Shown: positions 1 to 9,468 of the stretch, piece by piece
How the letters are laid out: every line of letters starts with the position of its first letter
Position numbering within the stretch: the first letter of the stretch is position 1
Origin: Candidatus Beckwithbacteria bacterium
Lineage (GTDB): Bacteria > Patescibacteriota > Microgenomatia > UBA1400 > CG1-02-47-37
Assembly: GCA_026397255.1 (NCBI GenBank)
Contig: JAPLVF010000013.1
Span: forward strand, 9,481 to 73,480
DNA length: 64,000 bases
Direction: 5' to 3'
Position numbers and translations under genes: made by a program
The notes under the pieces: generated by a model
The model's input: the letters and a program-made list of their open reading frames with translations, nothing else
The model's database searches: none
Told to the model about the DNA's origin: nothing

Positions 1-66
1 TTTCTGATTCTTTCATGATAATACTGATGTTGCCATTTTTTCATATTGTGATAAATTTTTGTTTTA

Positions 67-1629
67 TCATATCTTATAGATCAAAAAATTCCTGTTTCTA
101 TAGACAAGTTGGAAATTAAGGGCGGGATGGTTACTGCTAACGATTAAATATTGGAAGGGGTATTGTTGCTGGATTTTGATGAAATCTGATTCACGAAATT
201 GAGTGGAGCTTTTTAAAGCTTCCATTTTATCTTGCCATAATTTGCTATATTCCCAACTATAAAAAACCGCACCCCCATCTTTGAAGTCACCCACAATACT
301 CCTTTCGGAGAAGTTCCTAAAACCGGAAATGTCCGGGGGAATCAAAAAAACCGCAGTTACCGGCGTATTGACCTTGGCCCATTTTTGCACATCCTGCCAA
401 GTATCATAATGGGCCAGACTAACCAAGGGGTTAGGGTAATAAAGATAGTCAGGCAGATTAACTTTGGGTTTAATTAAGAAAAGCATGACTAATAAATGAC
501 CGGTCAGAACCAAAATAATAAAAAGGGGCAGGTAAGAAAATTTCTTCGGCTTTAATCTAAGCAGTTGGGGTTTAACAATCAGCAGAAAGGGCAGAGACCA
601 GATGGCGGCAAAATGCCAAACAGTAAGATGATCTCCCCAAAAATAAACACCGCTAATAGCCAATAAGGTCAATAGTTTAACGAAAAACGGGCCGGTCGTG
701 ACCAGCCGGCAGCAGGCAGCGCTAAAGGCAATCAAGCTGATAATAAAAATAAAATTTATCGACCGCAAGAGTTGGAGTTGAATTAAATCTGCAACCGGAA
801 TGACGGCGCTAATAATAAAATGAAACAAGAACAACCCGGCACAGATTTTTAAAAATAATTTCATTACATAAGCGTATTTAGAAAAAAGTTTATCATTTAG
901 AACCAGCCAGGATGTACCTAACAATGATAAAAATAAACCAAAATTACCCCAACCGCTCCAACGCCAAAGATGAGGAAAACTATAAGTGCCGCGGGCACGT
1001 AAAGTCTCCAGCCAAGCTTGATTTTGCCCTAAATTTATAAAAGCAAAAAGAGGAAACTTTTTTTGTTTTTTTAGCATTAGCCACAACCACAGCAGGCCGA
1101 CGGGTATGGGAATTGACGGATTAGTGAAGGCCCCTAAAAGAATCAATAATAAACCGGAAATGAATTTCCGACGCAAAATAAAGCTTAAGGCCAGTAAAGA
1201 CAGCGCCAGACTAAGATCTCGGCTGACAAAATAAAAATGATGGGTCATGTAGCCGATTTGGGCGGCCCATTTGGGTAAAATAAATAAAAATACGGCTAAA
1301 AATCCAATCATCGATTGTCGATAGATGGTTTTGGCCAAATAAAAGACAGAGAGATAAAGCAACCATAAGCTTAACAAATAAAGAAGCAGGTGCGTCCAGG
1401 CTAAATTAAGACCGCTAATTTTGCTTAACAATACCGGAACGTAATTAAAAAGAGAATAGCTAGCATGGGGTTGGGAAAAATAATAGTCATTAGGATAAAG
1501 AGAGGGGTTGAGCAGCTTGTTTAAATAAGGCAGGTAGTGATCGTGATCCAAAACGCTAAAATAATAGCCGGTTAATAAGGGGCTGATAAGGGTGAGGACT
1601 GTGACCCAAATAATGTCTTTTGGTTTCAT
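67..1629 (-). CDS. polytopic integral membrane protein, candidate GT-C-type glycosyltransferase
   Basis: 520 aa ORF with many hydrophobic helices. Last gene of a co-directional, translationally coupled operon of glycosylation genes. No recognisable soluble catalytic motif. Confidence 0.55.
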   Translation of the reverse strand: MKPKDIIWVTVLTLISPLLTGYYFSVLDHDHYLPYLNKLLNPSLYPNDYYFSQPHASYSLFNYVPVLLSKISGLNLAWTHLLLYLLSLWLLYLSVFYLAKTIYRQSMIGFLAVFLFILPKWAAQIGYMTHHFYFVSRDLSLALSLLALSFILRRKFISGLLLILLGAFTNPSIPIPVGLLWLWLMLKKQKKFPLFAFINLGQNQAWLETLRARGTYSFPHLWRWSGWGNFGLFLSLLGTSWLVLNDKLFSKYAYVMKLFLKICAGLFLFHFIISAVIPVADLIQLQLLRSINFIFIISLIAFSAACCRLVTTGPFFVKLLTLLAISGVYFWGDHLTVWHFAAIWSLPFLLIVKPQLLRLKPKKFSYLPLFIILVLTGHLLVMLFLIKPKVNLPDYLYYPNPLVSLAHYDTWQDVQKWAKVNTPVTAVFLIPPDISGFRNFSERSIVGDFKDGGAVFYSWEYSKLWQDKMEALKSSTQFRESDFIKIQQQYPFQYLIVSSNHPALNFQLVYRNRNFLIYKI

Positions 1630-2723
1630 AATGATCTAAGTAAACTGATTTCTTTTTTAATGATGGTTTGATTATTAAATCGGTGAAGAACAGTCTGACG
1701 GGCTTGTAAGCTTATGTTTTTCGCTTTTTCTGGCTGATCAATTAAACTTTGAATTCCCTGTGTTAAACCTAAAATAGTATTTTCTACCAATAAACCATCT
1801 TTGTTGTTACTAATAATAAACTGGCTGTAAGGTTTGTCAGCGACCACGCAAGAAAGACCGCAAGCCATCGCCTCGAGCAAAGCCTTGGGGCTGCCTTCAT
1901 GAAGTGAGGCCATGATAAAAATATCACCGGACTGCAAAAGTTTTGCCACTTGATCGTGAGGCAAGGAGGGAATAATTCTCAAATTAACGGATAAATCTTT
2001 AGCCAGAGCCTTTAATTTTTCCTCTAACCTGCCGTTGCCGACAATTGTCAGCCGGATTGGTCGCTGGGTTTTTACCTGACTGACTGCCTTAATAACTGCT
2101 TCAAAGTTTTTCTGATAAACCAACCGGCCGACAGAGATGATTTCCAGATATTTTCCCGGTTTTTTCTTTTGCGGTTTAAAAAGAGCGGTATCCACCCCGT
2201 TGGGAAGCAAAACCAATTTATTTTTAGGGATTATCCGAGAGACTTTATCATACATTTCCGGGTTAGTGACAATAACCCGATCGCTAAATTTCAAGCCAAA
2301 ATATTCCGTCAATTTAATAAACGGAGGGATTAAATGATGATCTTCTTTTTTGGCAAAATAAGTATAATCATAACCGTAAGTACTGACTAAAATGGTCGGC
2401 CATAAAATTTTGGCAATTATTCCCGGCCAAATTCCTAATATTTGTTTAACTCTTAAAACCTGACACGATTTTAATTGCTTAAAGTAAATAAAAGGAATTA
2501 AAAAAGTATAAATAAATCTTGGTAGCCCGGTTTTATTAACAAATAGTTGAATATATTTGGGGAAGGGGTTAGGTTCGTCATCATAGGAAAAAACAAAGGG
2601 CCGGCCAAAGGCCGGTAAATAATATTTTAAATAATTGTTAAACCAATGAATGTCCCGACCGCTTTGACGATAGGTTTTAAAACTGTCTCCCAAGTTTAGT
2701 AGAATCCCCAACTGAGGTTTCAT
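1626..2723 (-). CDS. glycosyltransferase family 4 (GT-B, retaining)
   Basis: C-terminal EX7E-type motif HEGSPKALLEAMACGLSCVV typical of GT4. Start overlaps the upstream stop (ATGA). Confidence 0.8.
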   Translation of the reverse strand: MKPQLGILLNLGDSFKTYRQSGRDIHWFNNYLKYYLPAFGRPFVFSYDDEPNPFPKYIQLFVNKTGLPRFIYTFLIPFIYFKQLKSCQVLRVKQILGIWPGIIAKILWPTILVSTYGYDYTYFAKKEDHHLIPPFIKLTEYFGLKFSDRVIVTNPEMYDKVSRIIPKNKLVLLPNGVDTALFKPQKKKPGKYLEIISVGRLVYQKNFEAVIKAVSQVKTQRPIRLTIVGNGRLEEKLKALAKDLSVNLRIIPSLPHDQVAKLLQSGDIFIMASLHEGSPKALLEAMACGLSCVVADKPYSQFIISNNKDGLLVENTILGLTQGIQSLIDQPEKAKNISLQARQTVLHRFNNQTIIKKEISLLRSL

Positions 2724-2727
2724 AAGC

Positions 2728-3792
2728 TTATTTTAACCGCAAATGGCAACAACCGACACACTGAGTCCGGAATTTTCCCGCCTTAATCTGTTGCCGGAAC
2801 CTTCGGTAAACGGAATTATTCCACAACTTCATAAACGGAGTGTCTAAAACTGAGCCGATTTTTAAGTTAAAACAGGGGTAGACATCGCCGAAAGGAGAAA
2901 TCCTCGCCAAATGAAAGATTTTATTACAATAAAGACGGCTTAAATCGACTTTGCCGGAATAATAATCAACAACTTCTGGTAAAGACAGGCTGGGCGAGAA
3001 ACTTAATCTAACGCCAAGTTTTTCAGCGGTTATCATGGCCAACTGCAAGCTTTTTGCTAATTTTGTTTTGGGAAGTTTTAAAAGTTTCTGACAGTAATCT
3101 ATTTTTAAATGTCGTAAATTTGGATGTAAATCGTAGCCGGAACGATCTAAGGACGGGTCAAGCAGCTGAAAGTTAAGCCAGTCAACTTTTAAGTCTTTGG
3201 CCAATTTAACTGTTTGATCCAAGAGTGGATAGTTTTGCGGTAAAATTAAAGAATTCATTGTAATCGTCGGCGTTGGTTTATTCTGTTGTTGTTTTTCCAG
3301 CTGAATCAGCTTTAAACTATGCAGTGTTTTTTTAAAACTGCCTTTGCCCCGACCTTGGTCATGAATCGCCGCTGTCGGTCCGTCAAGGGAAAACATCAAG
3401 GTATCCAAATCGAAGCTAATCAAAGCTTTAATCTGCTCTTTAGTAGCGGCGGTTAAGTTGGAAATCATGCCGACACGGTGCTTTTTCTTAGCATAAGCAA
3501 CAATGGTTAAAATATCTTTATGAATTAACGGCTCACCACCAGTAAAAGACAAAGCAGTTTGAGCGGGAACCTGATCAATGACTTTTAAAATTTCCAGAGT
3601 TAATAACTGTTTCCGTCGGGTAATTTTTTTCACCACTTCTTCCTGACGCAGATAGCAAAAAGTGCAGTTTAAATTACAGCCATAAAGGATTTCAAAAACC
3701 ACATTGATGGGAAATGGCGACCAACCGTTAGGCCAAAAAGAGAAAAATTGCTCGTAAACCGGGGCTAACTTTCTTTTAATTACTTGGAGCAT
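2728..3792 (-). CDS. radical SAM enzyme with C-terminal SPASM/twitch-like Cys cluster
   Basis: CNLNCTFCY (CxxxCxxC) near the N-terminus. C-terminal cysteines YCNK...YPCF...CVGCCH suggest an auxiliary Fe-S domain. Confidence 0.8.
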   Translation of the reverse strand: MLQVIKRKLAPVYEQFFSFWPNGWSPFPINVVFEILYGCNLNCTFCYLRQEEVVKKITRRKQLLTLEILKVIDQVPAQTALSFTGGEPLIHKDILTIVAYAKKKHRVGMISNLTAATKEQIKALISFDLDTLMFSLDGPTAAIHDQGRGKGSFKKTLHSLKLIQLEKQQQNKPTPTITMNSLILPQNYPLLDQTVKLAKDLKVDWLNFQLLDPSLDRSGYDLHPNLRHLKIDYCQKLLKLPKTKLAKSLQLAMITAEKLGVRLSFSPSLSLPEVVDYYSGKVDLSRLYCNKIFHLARISPFGDVYPCFNLKIGSVLDTPFMKLWNNSVYRRFRQQIKAGKFRTQCVGCCHLRLK

Positions 3793-3881
3793 AAAGATGA
3801 ATATAAGTCTAAATGAGTCTCTAAAATTTGTCCACGCTCAAATGATTAAAGTGTCTCCCGGTGATAAAAATAAACCTAAAT

Positions 3882-4658
3882 TCATAAGGATTTTTTAATA
3901 ACTATTCTAAACCCGGTTGATTCATTAATATTTTGGCCGGCTTTGGCTTTTTTATATAAAGCAATTTTTGAGTATAAGCGCAAAGATAATCCGCCCAATA
4001 AATCAATAAAGCCGATCCAAGGTGAATCATAAGTCACCGCTCTGAGGCTGATAATGTCAAAACCGGCTCTTTTAAGGATATTTTTAGCCTGAGCTAAAGA
4101 ATACTCAATTTTATGGTCCGGGTCGGCAAACGGGTTTAAGCCGACTTTTTTTTGCAGCTGCTTCCAGGAAGTATTGAGATTAGGAATAGCAATAAAAGCC
4201 AAACCCCGGGGCTTTAATAACCGCCGAATTGAGGCTAATAACTGATTTCGTCTAATAATGTGCTCTAAAACATCCAAGCAAAGAATTTTGTCAAATGACT
4301 GGTCTTTAAATTTTAATTTTTGCTCTAAATTAAATTGTCTAAAAACAACATTGGTAATATGCTTATCAGCGGCGGAATTTCTAGCAATGGTGAGTTGTTT
4401 TCGGTCATAATCCAAACCGATAATTTTCCGGCATTTAACGGCAGTCTTTAAAGTGTGCTGACCGTTATGACAGCCAAGGTCCAAAACCACATCCTGCCGG
4501 TTAATATCCGCCAAATACCAGAGCGGCTCGATGTTAATCAAATGTTTTGGGTGAATGGCATATTTACTTTTACCGGTAAGCTGCACCAGTCTCATGGAAA
4601 CAGCGGACAGGACTTTAGTTTTTTTTATTAACCAAACAAAAGGATAAAGTAATTTCAT
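3882..4658 (-). CDS. class I SAM-dependent methyltransferase
   Basis: Motif I VLDLGCHNGQ and motif ILCLDVLEHI of Methyltransf_11/12-like proteins. Confidence 0.7.
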   Translation of the reverse strand: MKLLYPFVWLIKKTKVLSAVSMRLVQLTGKSKYAIHPKHLINIEPLWYLADINRQDVVLDLGCHNGQHTLKTAVKCRKIIGLDYDRKQLTIARNSAADKHITNVVFRQFNLEQKLKFKDQSFDKILCLDVLEHIIRRNQLLASIRRLLKPRGLAFIAIPNLNTSWKQLQKKVGLNPFADPDHKIEYSLAQAKNILKRAGFDIISLRAVTYDSPWIGFIDLLGGLSLRLYSKIALYKKAKAGQNINESTGFRIVIKKSL

Positions 4659-5836
4659 GTTAAGCGGCGATAAAGAGCTAAATACTGGTTAATAATTTGT
4701 TGGCGGTTAAAGCGTGTTTGTAATAATTCTAAACTTTTTTGGGAAAATTGTGTTGTATTTTTCATGGCCTTAACTAATGCCTCTGCCACCTGGTCAGGTT
4801 TTTCCGGATCAACTAAATAACCATTGTCTTTCACCAGCTCCTGGTTACCACCGCGATTGGAGGCGACGATCGGTAAGCCGAAACTTAACGCTTCCAAGCC
4901 GGCGCGGGACAACGGTTCCGGCCAGCGGGAAAGAATCGCAAAGGCACTTGCCTGTTCATATAATTTCAAAGTTTGCTCATGGCTTAACTTGCCTAAATAT
5001 TTACAGTTCTTGGGAAACTCGGACTTAAAACTGGGGTTAATGTTACCGCAAAAAATAAATTGGTATTGAGGTAATTGTTCGGCGGCCTTAATTAAACAAT
5101 CCGTACCTTTGCCAAAAGACAACTTTCCTACTGATAGAATCATCCTTTTATTCTGGCTATAGCCCTGAGTTTGTCGGGGGCCATGGCCCTGAGCTTGTCG
5201 AAGGGGAGGCAAATTGTAAATCCAACTAACTTTTTTTACTCCATTATCCTGGTAGATTTTAGCTAACTGGGGCGAAACCGCAATTACTTGCTGGCAGCGG
5301 TTTAAAAACCACTTCAGTTTATACTGCCATAACTTGGCCAGAACCAGTTTCCACTTGGCCGTTCCGCCGTATCTTGACTGATATTCAGGAATCTCTTTAT
5401 TAATGTAATAGCCAAAACCACATTTTTTTTGCTGTTGGGTAAAGCATAAGGCTAAAGGGCATAAAAACTTAAAGTCGCGCACCGTCGCTACCACCGGCTT
5501 ATGGGTCAGCCAGCCAGCTAAAACTGCTCCGGGTAAAATATACTTACCGTGAACATGAATTAAGTCAATCTTTTTTTGCCTGATAGTTTTAATAATAAAA
5601 TAAGCTGAATAAAACCAGAAAAAAGGATTATTAAACCAAAGCGGCGATAAAATCCGGCCGGGTTTAATTTTTTTAGGAAAGGGGAATTTTAAATCGGGTG
5701 ATCGACCGCCTAAGTCAGGCGACAAAATAACCACTTTAATCCTGCGGCGTAGGCCTTCGGCTAAAGCGTGCAGGCTGTATTCAGCGCCGGAAACAGCATG
5801 CGGATAAGCGTATTCACTTAAAAAAATAATATTCAT
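4655..5836 (-). CDS. glycosyltransferase family 4
   Basis: RWPEPLSRAGLEALSFGLPIVAS GT4 C-terminal motif. ATGA overlap with the neighbouring gene. Confidence 0.8.
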   Translation of the reverse strand: MNIIFLSEYAYPHAVSGAEYSLHALAEGLRRRIKVVILSPDLGGRSPDLKFPFPKKIKPGRILSPLWFNNPFFWFYSAYFIIKTIRQKKIDLIHVHGKYILPGAVLAGWLTHKPVVATVRDFKFLCPLALCFTQQQKKCGFGYYINKEIPEYQSRYGGTAKWKLVLAKLWQYKLKWFLNRCQQVIAVSPQLAKIYQDNGVKKVSWIYNLPPLRQAQGHGPRQTQGYSQNKRMILSVGKLSFGKGTDCLIKAAEQLPQYQFIFCGNINPSFKSEFPKNCKYLGKLSHEQTLKLYEQASAFAILSRWPEPLSRAGLEALSFGLPIVASNRGGNQELVKDNGYLVDPEKPDQVAEALVKAMKNTTQFSQKSLELLQTRFNRQQIINQYLALYRRLT

Positions 5837-6585
5837 TTTAAAAGAGTGATAAAATTTTGTCCGCCTTTAATTCTTCCAGAACCATCAGAAACATTTTTAT
5901 AAGATGTGCCTGTGGCTAAGATTTTAAAGCCAAGTTTGCGGCAAATTTGTTTCATTTTGGAAACACGAATGACTAGGCTGGTTTGATTGACAGGAGCGGT
6001 AGTAATTTCTTTATAGCCTTTAAGGAAAAAGCGGATTTGATCCAGGGGATTTAATTTTGAAAATTTACCAAAATACAATTGAGCCACTCCGCCAACTTTA
6101 AGACAACGACGGGTTTCTTTAAGATAACTAGTTAAATTCTCATAATTTGGCAAGTGTTGAAGGACAATAAATGAATAGATAAAATCAAGACTGTCGGAAG
6201 CAACAGCAATTGAACAACCGGAGGTGGTAAGAAGTTTAAAATTTGTTTTACCCTGAGAGGTTAAAAATTTAATAACGGTGTTTTTTTCTTCATGAATGTC
6301 AATACCAACCACTTGTTTAAAATAACTACAGGCAGCATTAAGAATTCTCCCCCCGCCATAGCCTATTTCTAAAGCAATTTTTTCTTCGGGATTGTTAAGA
6401 TGTCTACAGACCGTTTGAGTGAGAATATGAAAAGTTAAATCCCAATAACCTCTCTTGATTGATTCATTAATATCTTTTGATTTATCAAACCACGCCTGAA
6501 ATGCAGCCATGCCTTTTTTTTTACTGGCTTTAATGGCTTGGCTGTATTTTTTTCTATGCTTAATTAAATCTGAAGACTGACTCAT
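5833..6585 (-). CDS. class I SAM-dependent methyltransferase
   Basis: LEIGYGGGRILN glycine-rich motif I and acidic motif II (FIVLQHL). Confidence 0.65.
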   Translation of the reverse strand: MSQSSDLIKHRKKYSQAIKASKKKGMAAFQAWFDKSKDINESIKRGYWDLTFHILTQTVCRHLNNPEEKIALEIGYGGGRILNAACSYFKQVVGIDIHEEKNTVIKFLTSQGKTNFKLLTTSGCSIAVASDSLDFIYSFIVLQHLPNYENLTSYLKETRRCLKVGGVAQLYFGKFSKLNPLDQIRFFLKGYKEITTAPVNQTSLVIRVSKMKQICRKLGFKILATGTSYKNVSDGSGRIKGGQNFITLLK

Positions 6586-7682
6586 AATTGATTAAATATC
6601 TTTAGCTGAGTTTTAATATTTTTCCTCCAAGTGAATTTATTAATAACATATTTTAAGGCTATTTTGCCCATTTTTTGCCGTAAATCCGGTGATTTAATTA
6701 ATTGAAGTATTTTTTCCACCCAATCATTAACATCCCCTGGTTTAGCTAAAAATCCTGTTTGGCCATCTTGAATAATCTCTCTTATTGAAGAATTATTATT
6801 GCCAATCACCGGGATACCACAGGCGCCGGCTTCAGTCAAAGTCATACCAAAACCTTCTTTTGAAGAAGGTAAAACCAGAATGTCAGCTAAACGGTAAAGT
6901 AATACTTTGTCAGATTCCGGAACAAAACCGGTAAATTTGACTCTATCAGTTAAACCTAAATTCTGAACCTGTAATTTTAATGATTTTTCCAATGGGCCTG
7001 TGCCGGCATAAATTAAAACTGTGTTTTTGTTGCCAATTTTGTCTAAAACTGTTAGTAAAAATGCCGGATTCTTCCGCTGTTTTAACCCACCGACAAATAA
7101 AATCACGAAATTACCTGCCAAATCCCAGTGATCAATAAGTTTTTGGGGTTTTGGACCAGGCTGGAATTCCTTGCCAACGCCATCATAAATTACAGAAATT
7201 TTTTCTTCCGGATAGTTTAATCTTGTAATAATTTCGTTTTTAGTAAAATGGCTAACGGCAATAAGGTGATCAAAATTCCTGATGACGATTTTATCAATTA
7301 AGTGATTAATACCCTCTTCCAGGTGATGATAGGTAGCGATAACCGGTACCTGAGGATAAAGTTTTTTAAAAACGCTGGCAGCCGGACCGACAAAATAAGG
7401 GTTATGGACGCGTAAAATATCAAATTTTTCTGCTTTATAAGTTTTAATTAAATACGGCAGGACAAAAGCAGAAAATACATGGGGCGGAAACATGGGTTTA
7501 ATCGGGGCATATGCTACAGTTAAGTTTTTGTGTTTCAGATATGGCCGGTTTTTGGGCAGTAAGCTGAAAACTTTAACCCCTGCCTGGCAAAGCCGGTTAA
7601 TTACTTCCCGGTCATAAACTTCCCCGCCGGAATTACTTTCCGGACTTAATCCCAGCTCTGGTGAACAAATTTTTAAACCCAT
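6582..7682 (-). CDS. glycosyltransferase family 4
   Basis: SSKEGFGMTLTEAGACGIPVIG GT4 motif. Confidence 0.8.
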   Translation of the reverse strand: MGLKICSPELGLSPESNSGGEVYDREVINRLCQAGVKVFSLLPKNRPYLKHKNLTVAYAPIKPMFPPHVFSAFVLPYLIKTYKAEKFDILRVHNPYFVGPAASVFKKLYPQVPVIATYHHLEEGINHLIDKIVIRNFDHLIAVSHFTKNEIITRLNYPEEKISVIYDGVGKEFQPGPKPQKLIDHWDLAGNFVILFVGGLKQRKNPAFLLTVLDKIGNKNTVLIYAGTGPLEKSLKLQVQNLGLTDRVKFTGFVPESDKVLLYRLADILVLPSSKEGFGMTLTEAGACGIPVIGNNNSSIREIIQDGQTGFLAKPGDVNDWVEKILQLIKSPDLRQKMGKIALKYVINKFTWRKNIKTQLKIFNQL

Positions 7683-7705
7683 TCCCTTATTTTACTGTAC
7701 TTCTC

Positions 7706-8356
7706 TTAATCTTTAAATGTTGCGCTGGCATTACCGTACAAAACCTGGCTCTTATAATTACTCCAAAGCCAGCGGCTAACATATCTTCTCCGGTACGAAG
7801 CAGTAGCGCTAGTCATTTTTCGGTAATTTTTCAGCATCGCTTGCCTGGACCGATCCTGCGCTTGCCGGGCGGTTTGCCCTTTTATTAGAGTAGTAACCAC
7901 TAAGTTTGACGGTACAAGAAATAATTTAGCCATTGAATCAGTCAATGGCCTAGTGCGTTTATCGGAATCATAGCCTAAAATAAATTTTTGGTTATAACCG
8001 ATAAAGGCTTTAGCTCCCTCTTTGATTAATACTTTACCCAAAGTAATCCCGGCATCACAGCTCCGGGCATAAATGATTGTTCCGGCCACTGCCGATTTTT
8101 TGCCGGTTTCCAAAAGCGGTTCAAAATCCTGACCGGTAATGGTTGTGCTATTGCCATGACCGTTCAAAAACAGAATCGCGGGCTGGTTAGATTTAAGACA
8201 ACTGTCAAAATTCTTTTTATTGGCCTTCTTTCCGGCCAAGTCATAAACAGCGAATAATTTTTGTTTGGCGGCTTTGATTACCAAAGTTGACCAATAATAC
8301 AAATAGTTAGTTGCCTCATCATGATTGGATCTTGTTACCAGAAGTGATTTACTCAT
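7706..8356 (-). CDS. hypothetical protein with a possible caspase-fold (clan CD-like) His/Cys dyad
   Basis: Ordered LFLNGHGNS ... IYARSCDAG segments resemble the His then Cys catalytic dyad order of clan CD peptidases. Weak, motif-level only. Confidence 0.4.
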   Translation of the reverse strand: MSKSLLVTRSNHDEATNYLYYWSTLVIKAAKQKLFAVYDLAGKKANKKNFDSCLKSNQPAILFLNGHGNSTTITGQDFEPLLETGKKSAVAGTIIYARSCDAGITLGKVLIKEGAKAFIGYNQKFILGYDSDKRTRPLTDSMAKLFLVPSNLVVTTLIKGQTARQAQDRSRQAMLKNYRKMTSATASYRRRYVSRWLWSNYKSQVLYGNASATFKD

Positions 8357-8561
8357 TTTGGTAAATTGCCCCGGATACCAAATCTTTCAAATATTCGAGC
8401 TCTACCCGCATTATTGTTTTTCCGATTTCATCTTCTTGTTCAATGTGTTTAATTACCGCCTGCTTATTCAGCCTATTTCCGCCAATTGCCATATTAAGAT
8501 TTTCCGGCATTAATTTAGCCCGAGCCAAGGCAATTTTTTTTATTTCATCTTTCGCTCTCAT
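8349..8561 (-). CDS. small hypothetical protein (70 aa)
   Basis: Second gene of the operon. Overlaps both neighbours by 4-8 nt (translational coupling). No Cys, no recognisable domain. Confidence 0.4.
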   Translation of the reverse strand: MRAKDEIKKIALARAKLMPENLNMAIGGNRLNKQAVIKHIEQEDEIGKTIMRVELEYLKDLVSGAIYQNE

Positions 8562-8743
8562 TTGAGAATTTTTAGTTTAGTTAATATTTCTAAAATCTCT
8601 TTTCCGACCGGCGTGTTTTGTTCGACTTCCAAGTGGGCGGCATTCCAGGTTAACGGTTCGTTAGCAATAACAACGACTATTTCGTTTCTGATAGACAAGG
8701 GCAAATTAGCATAGATTTTCAAAAAATCTGTTCTCTTATCCAT
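8558..8743 (-). CDS. small hypothetical protein (61 aa)
   Basis: First gene downstream of a TATAAT-containing promoter-like sequence. No recognisable domain. Confidence 0.4.
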   Translation of the reverse strand: MDKRTDFLKIYANLPLSIRNEIVVVIANEPLTWNAAHLEVEQNTPVGKEILEILTKLKILK

Positions 8744-8744
8744 G

Positions 8745-8764
8745 TAAAAAATTATAGCACAAAA
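8745..8764 (-). promoter_or_regulatory. putative promoter of the long leftward operon
   Basis: On the minus strand, GTGCTATAATTTTTTACATGG with a perfect TATAAT lies just upstream of the ATG at 8743. It sits immediately 3' of a copy of the island boundary motif. Confidence 0.3.
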
Positions 8765-8794
8765 TTTTACTTTACTTCCCGGCTCTTTTCACTT
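8765..8794 (-). repeat. boundary motif copy 1 (plus strand TTTTACTTTACTTCCCGGCTCTTTTCACTT)
   Basis: Identical 30-mer recurs at 10662-10691 and in shortened form at 12894-12918. Each copy sits at the 3' end of a minus-strand gene. Confidence 0.7.
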
Positions 8795-9448
8795 ACTTAC
8801 AGTCACGGTTAAATTCTGGCCGTCAAAGTCAAAACTGAAAGTAATCGGCTGGTCCAGATTGTTAACAATATACAGATTTCCTAAGGGGTTGGGGCTTAAA
8901 ATTCCCACACCGTATTCTTTGGGGACTTCATTAATCTGGGCAAAATTATGGTCAGACGGGCTATGGGCAGTTAAACCGGCATCTTCAGCCGCCCAATACA
9001 TGAGCGAAGCTAAGTGGCAGACGCCGTCGCCGATCAGATGGCCGTCAGACTTAAACCCTTCTGCGCCGTTAAAATGGGCATTAGTGGTTTTAACTACATT
9101 GGCCGAATAATCGGGCAAAGTCTTCTCATGGAAAGCGAATTTTTCACCCGGTTTTAAAGTAAACTGGGTTTTAAACGGCTGGTTAATCCTGTCCCAATCG
9201 ATCTGACTTTTGTCAGTCACCTGATTATCCAGATAGTATAGGGTTAAGAGAATATTATCCTTAAACACTCCGCTCACAAACTCATTATCATATCTGTTTT
9301 CCAGGTTAATACTATGGGATGATAAAACCGCATTGGACGCCCCCAAAATTTGCGGTTGGGCCAAGGCTAAATGAAGCGACAGAATCAGTTCATAAAGCAT
9401 ATTTAAGGGGATATTATACCATATTATAGGATATTTGCCAAACCCCAC
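8789..9448 (-). CDS. VanW-like domain protein
   Basis: GDGVCHLASLMYWAA resembles the GGVCQ[VS]S[TS]LYNA core remembered for VanW/YoaR domains. Confidence 0.5.
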   Translation of the reverse strand: MGFGKYPIIWYNIPLNMLYELILSLHLALAQPQILGASNAVLSSHSINLENRYDNEFVSGVFKDNILLTLYYLDNQVTDKSQIDWDRINQPFKTQFTLKPGEKFAFHEKTLPDYSANVVKTTNAHFNGAEGFKSDGHLIGDGVCHLASLMYWAAEDAGLTAHSPSDHNFAQINEVPKEYGVGILSPNPLGNLYIVNNLDQPITFSFDFDGQNLTVTVSK

Positions 9449-9468
9449 AGAATGGTTTAATCTAAAAT

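Noticed and set aside
2137-2337. Short plus-strand ORFs nested antisense inside long minus-strand genes (for example 2137-2337, 4777-5069, 7661-7888, 8859-9110, 18437-18782, 31234-31461, 43237-44017, 54971-55317).
   Set aside because: They are fully embedded in well-supported genes with clear family motifs. Their proteins are low-complexity or basic, typical of antisense noise.
3838-3885. A 15-codon ORF (MNLGLFLSPGDTLII) starting with an ATGA overlap at the MTase stop, directly upstream of the radical SAM gene. Considered as a RiPP precursor.
   Set aside because: Too short, no Cys/Ser/Thr-rich core, and no conservation evidence. Most likely a chance ORF in an 89 bp spacer.
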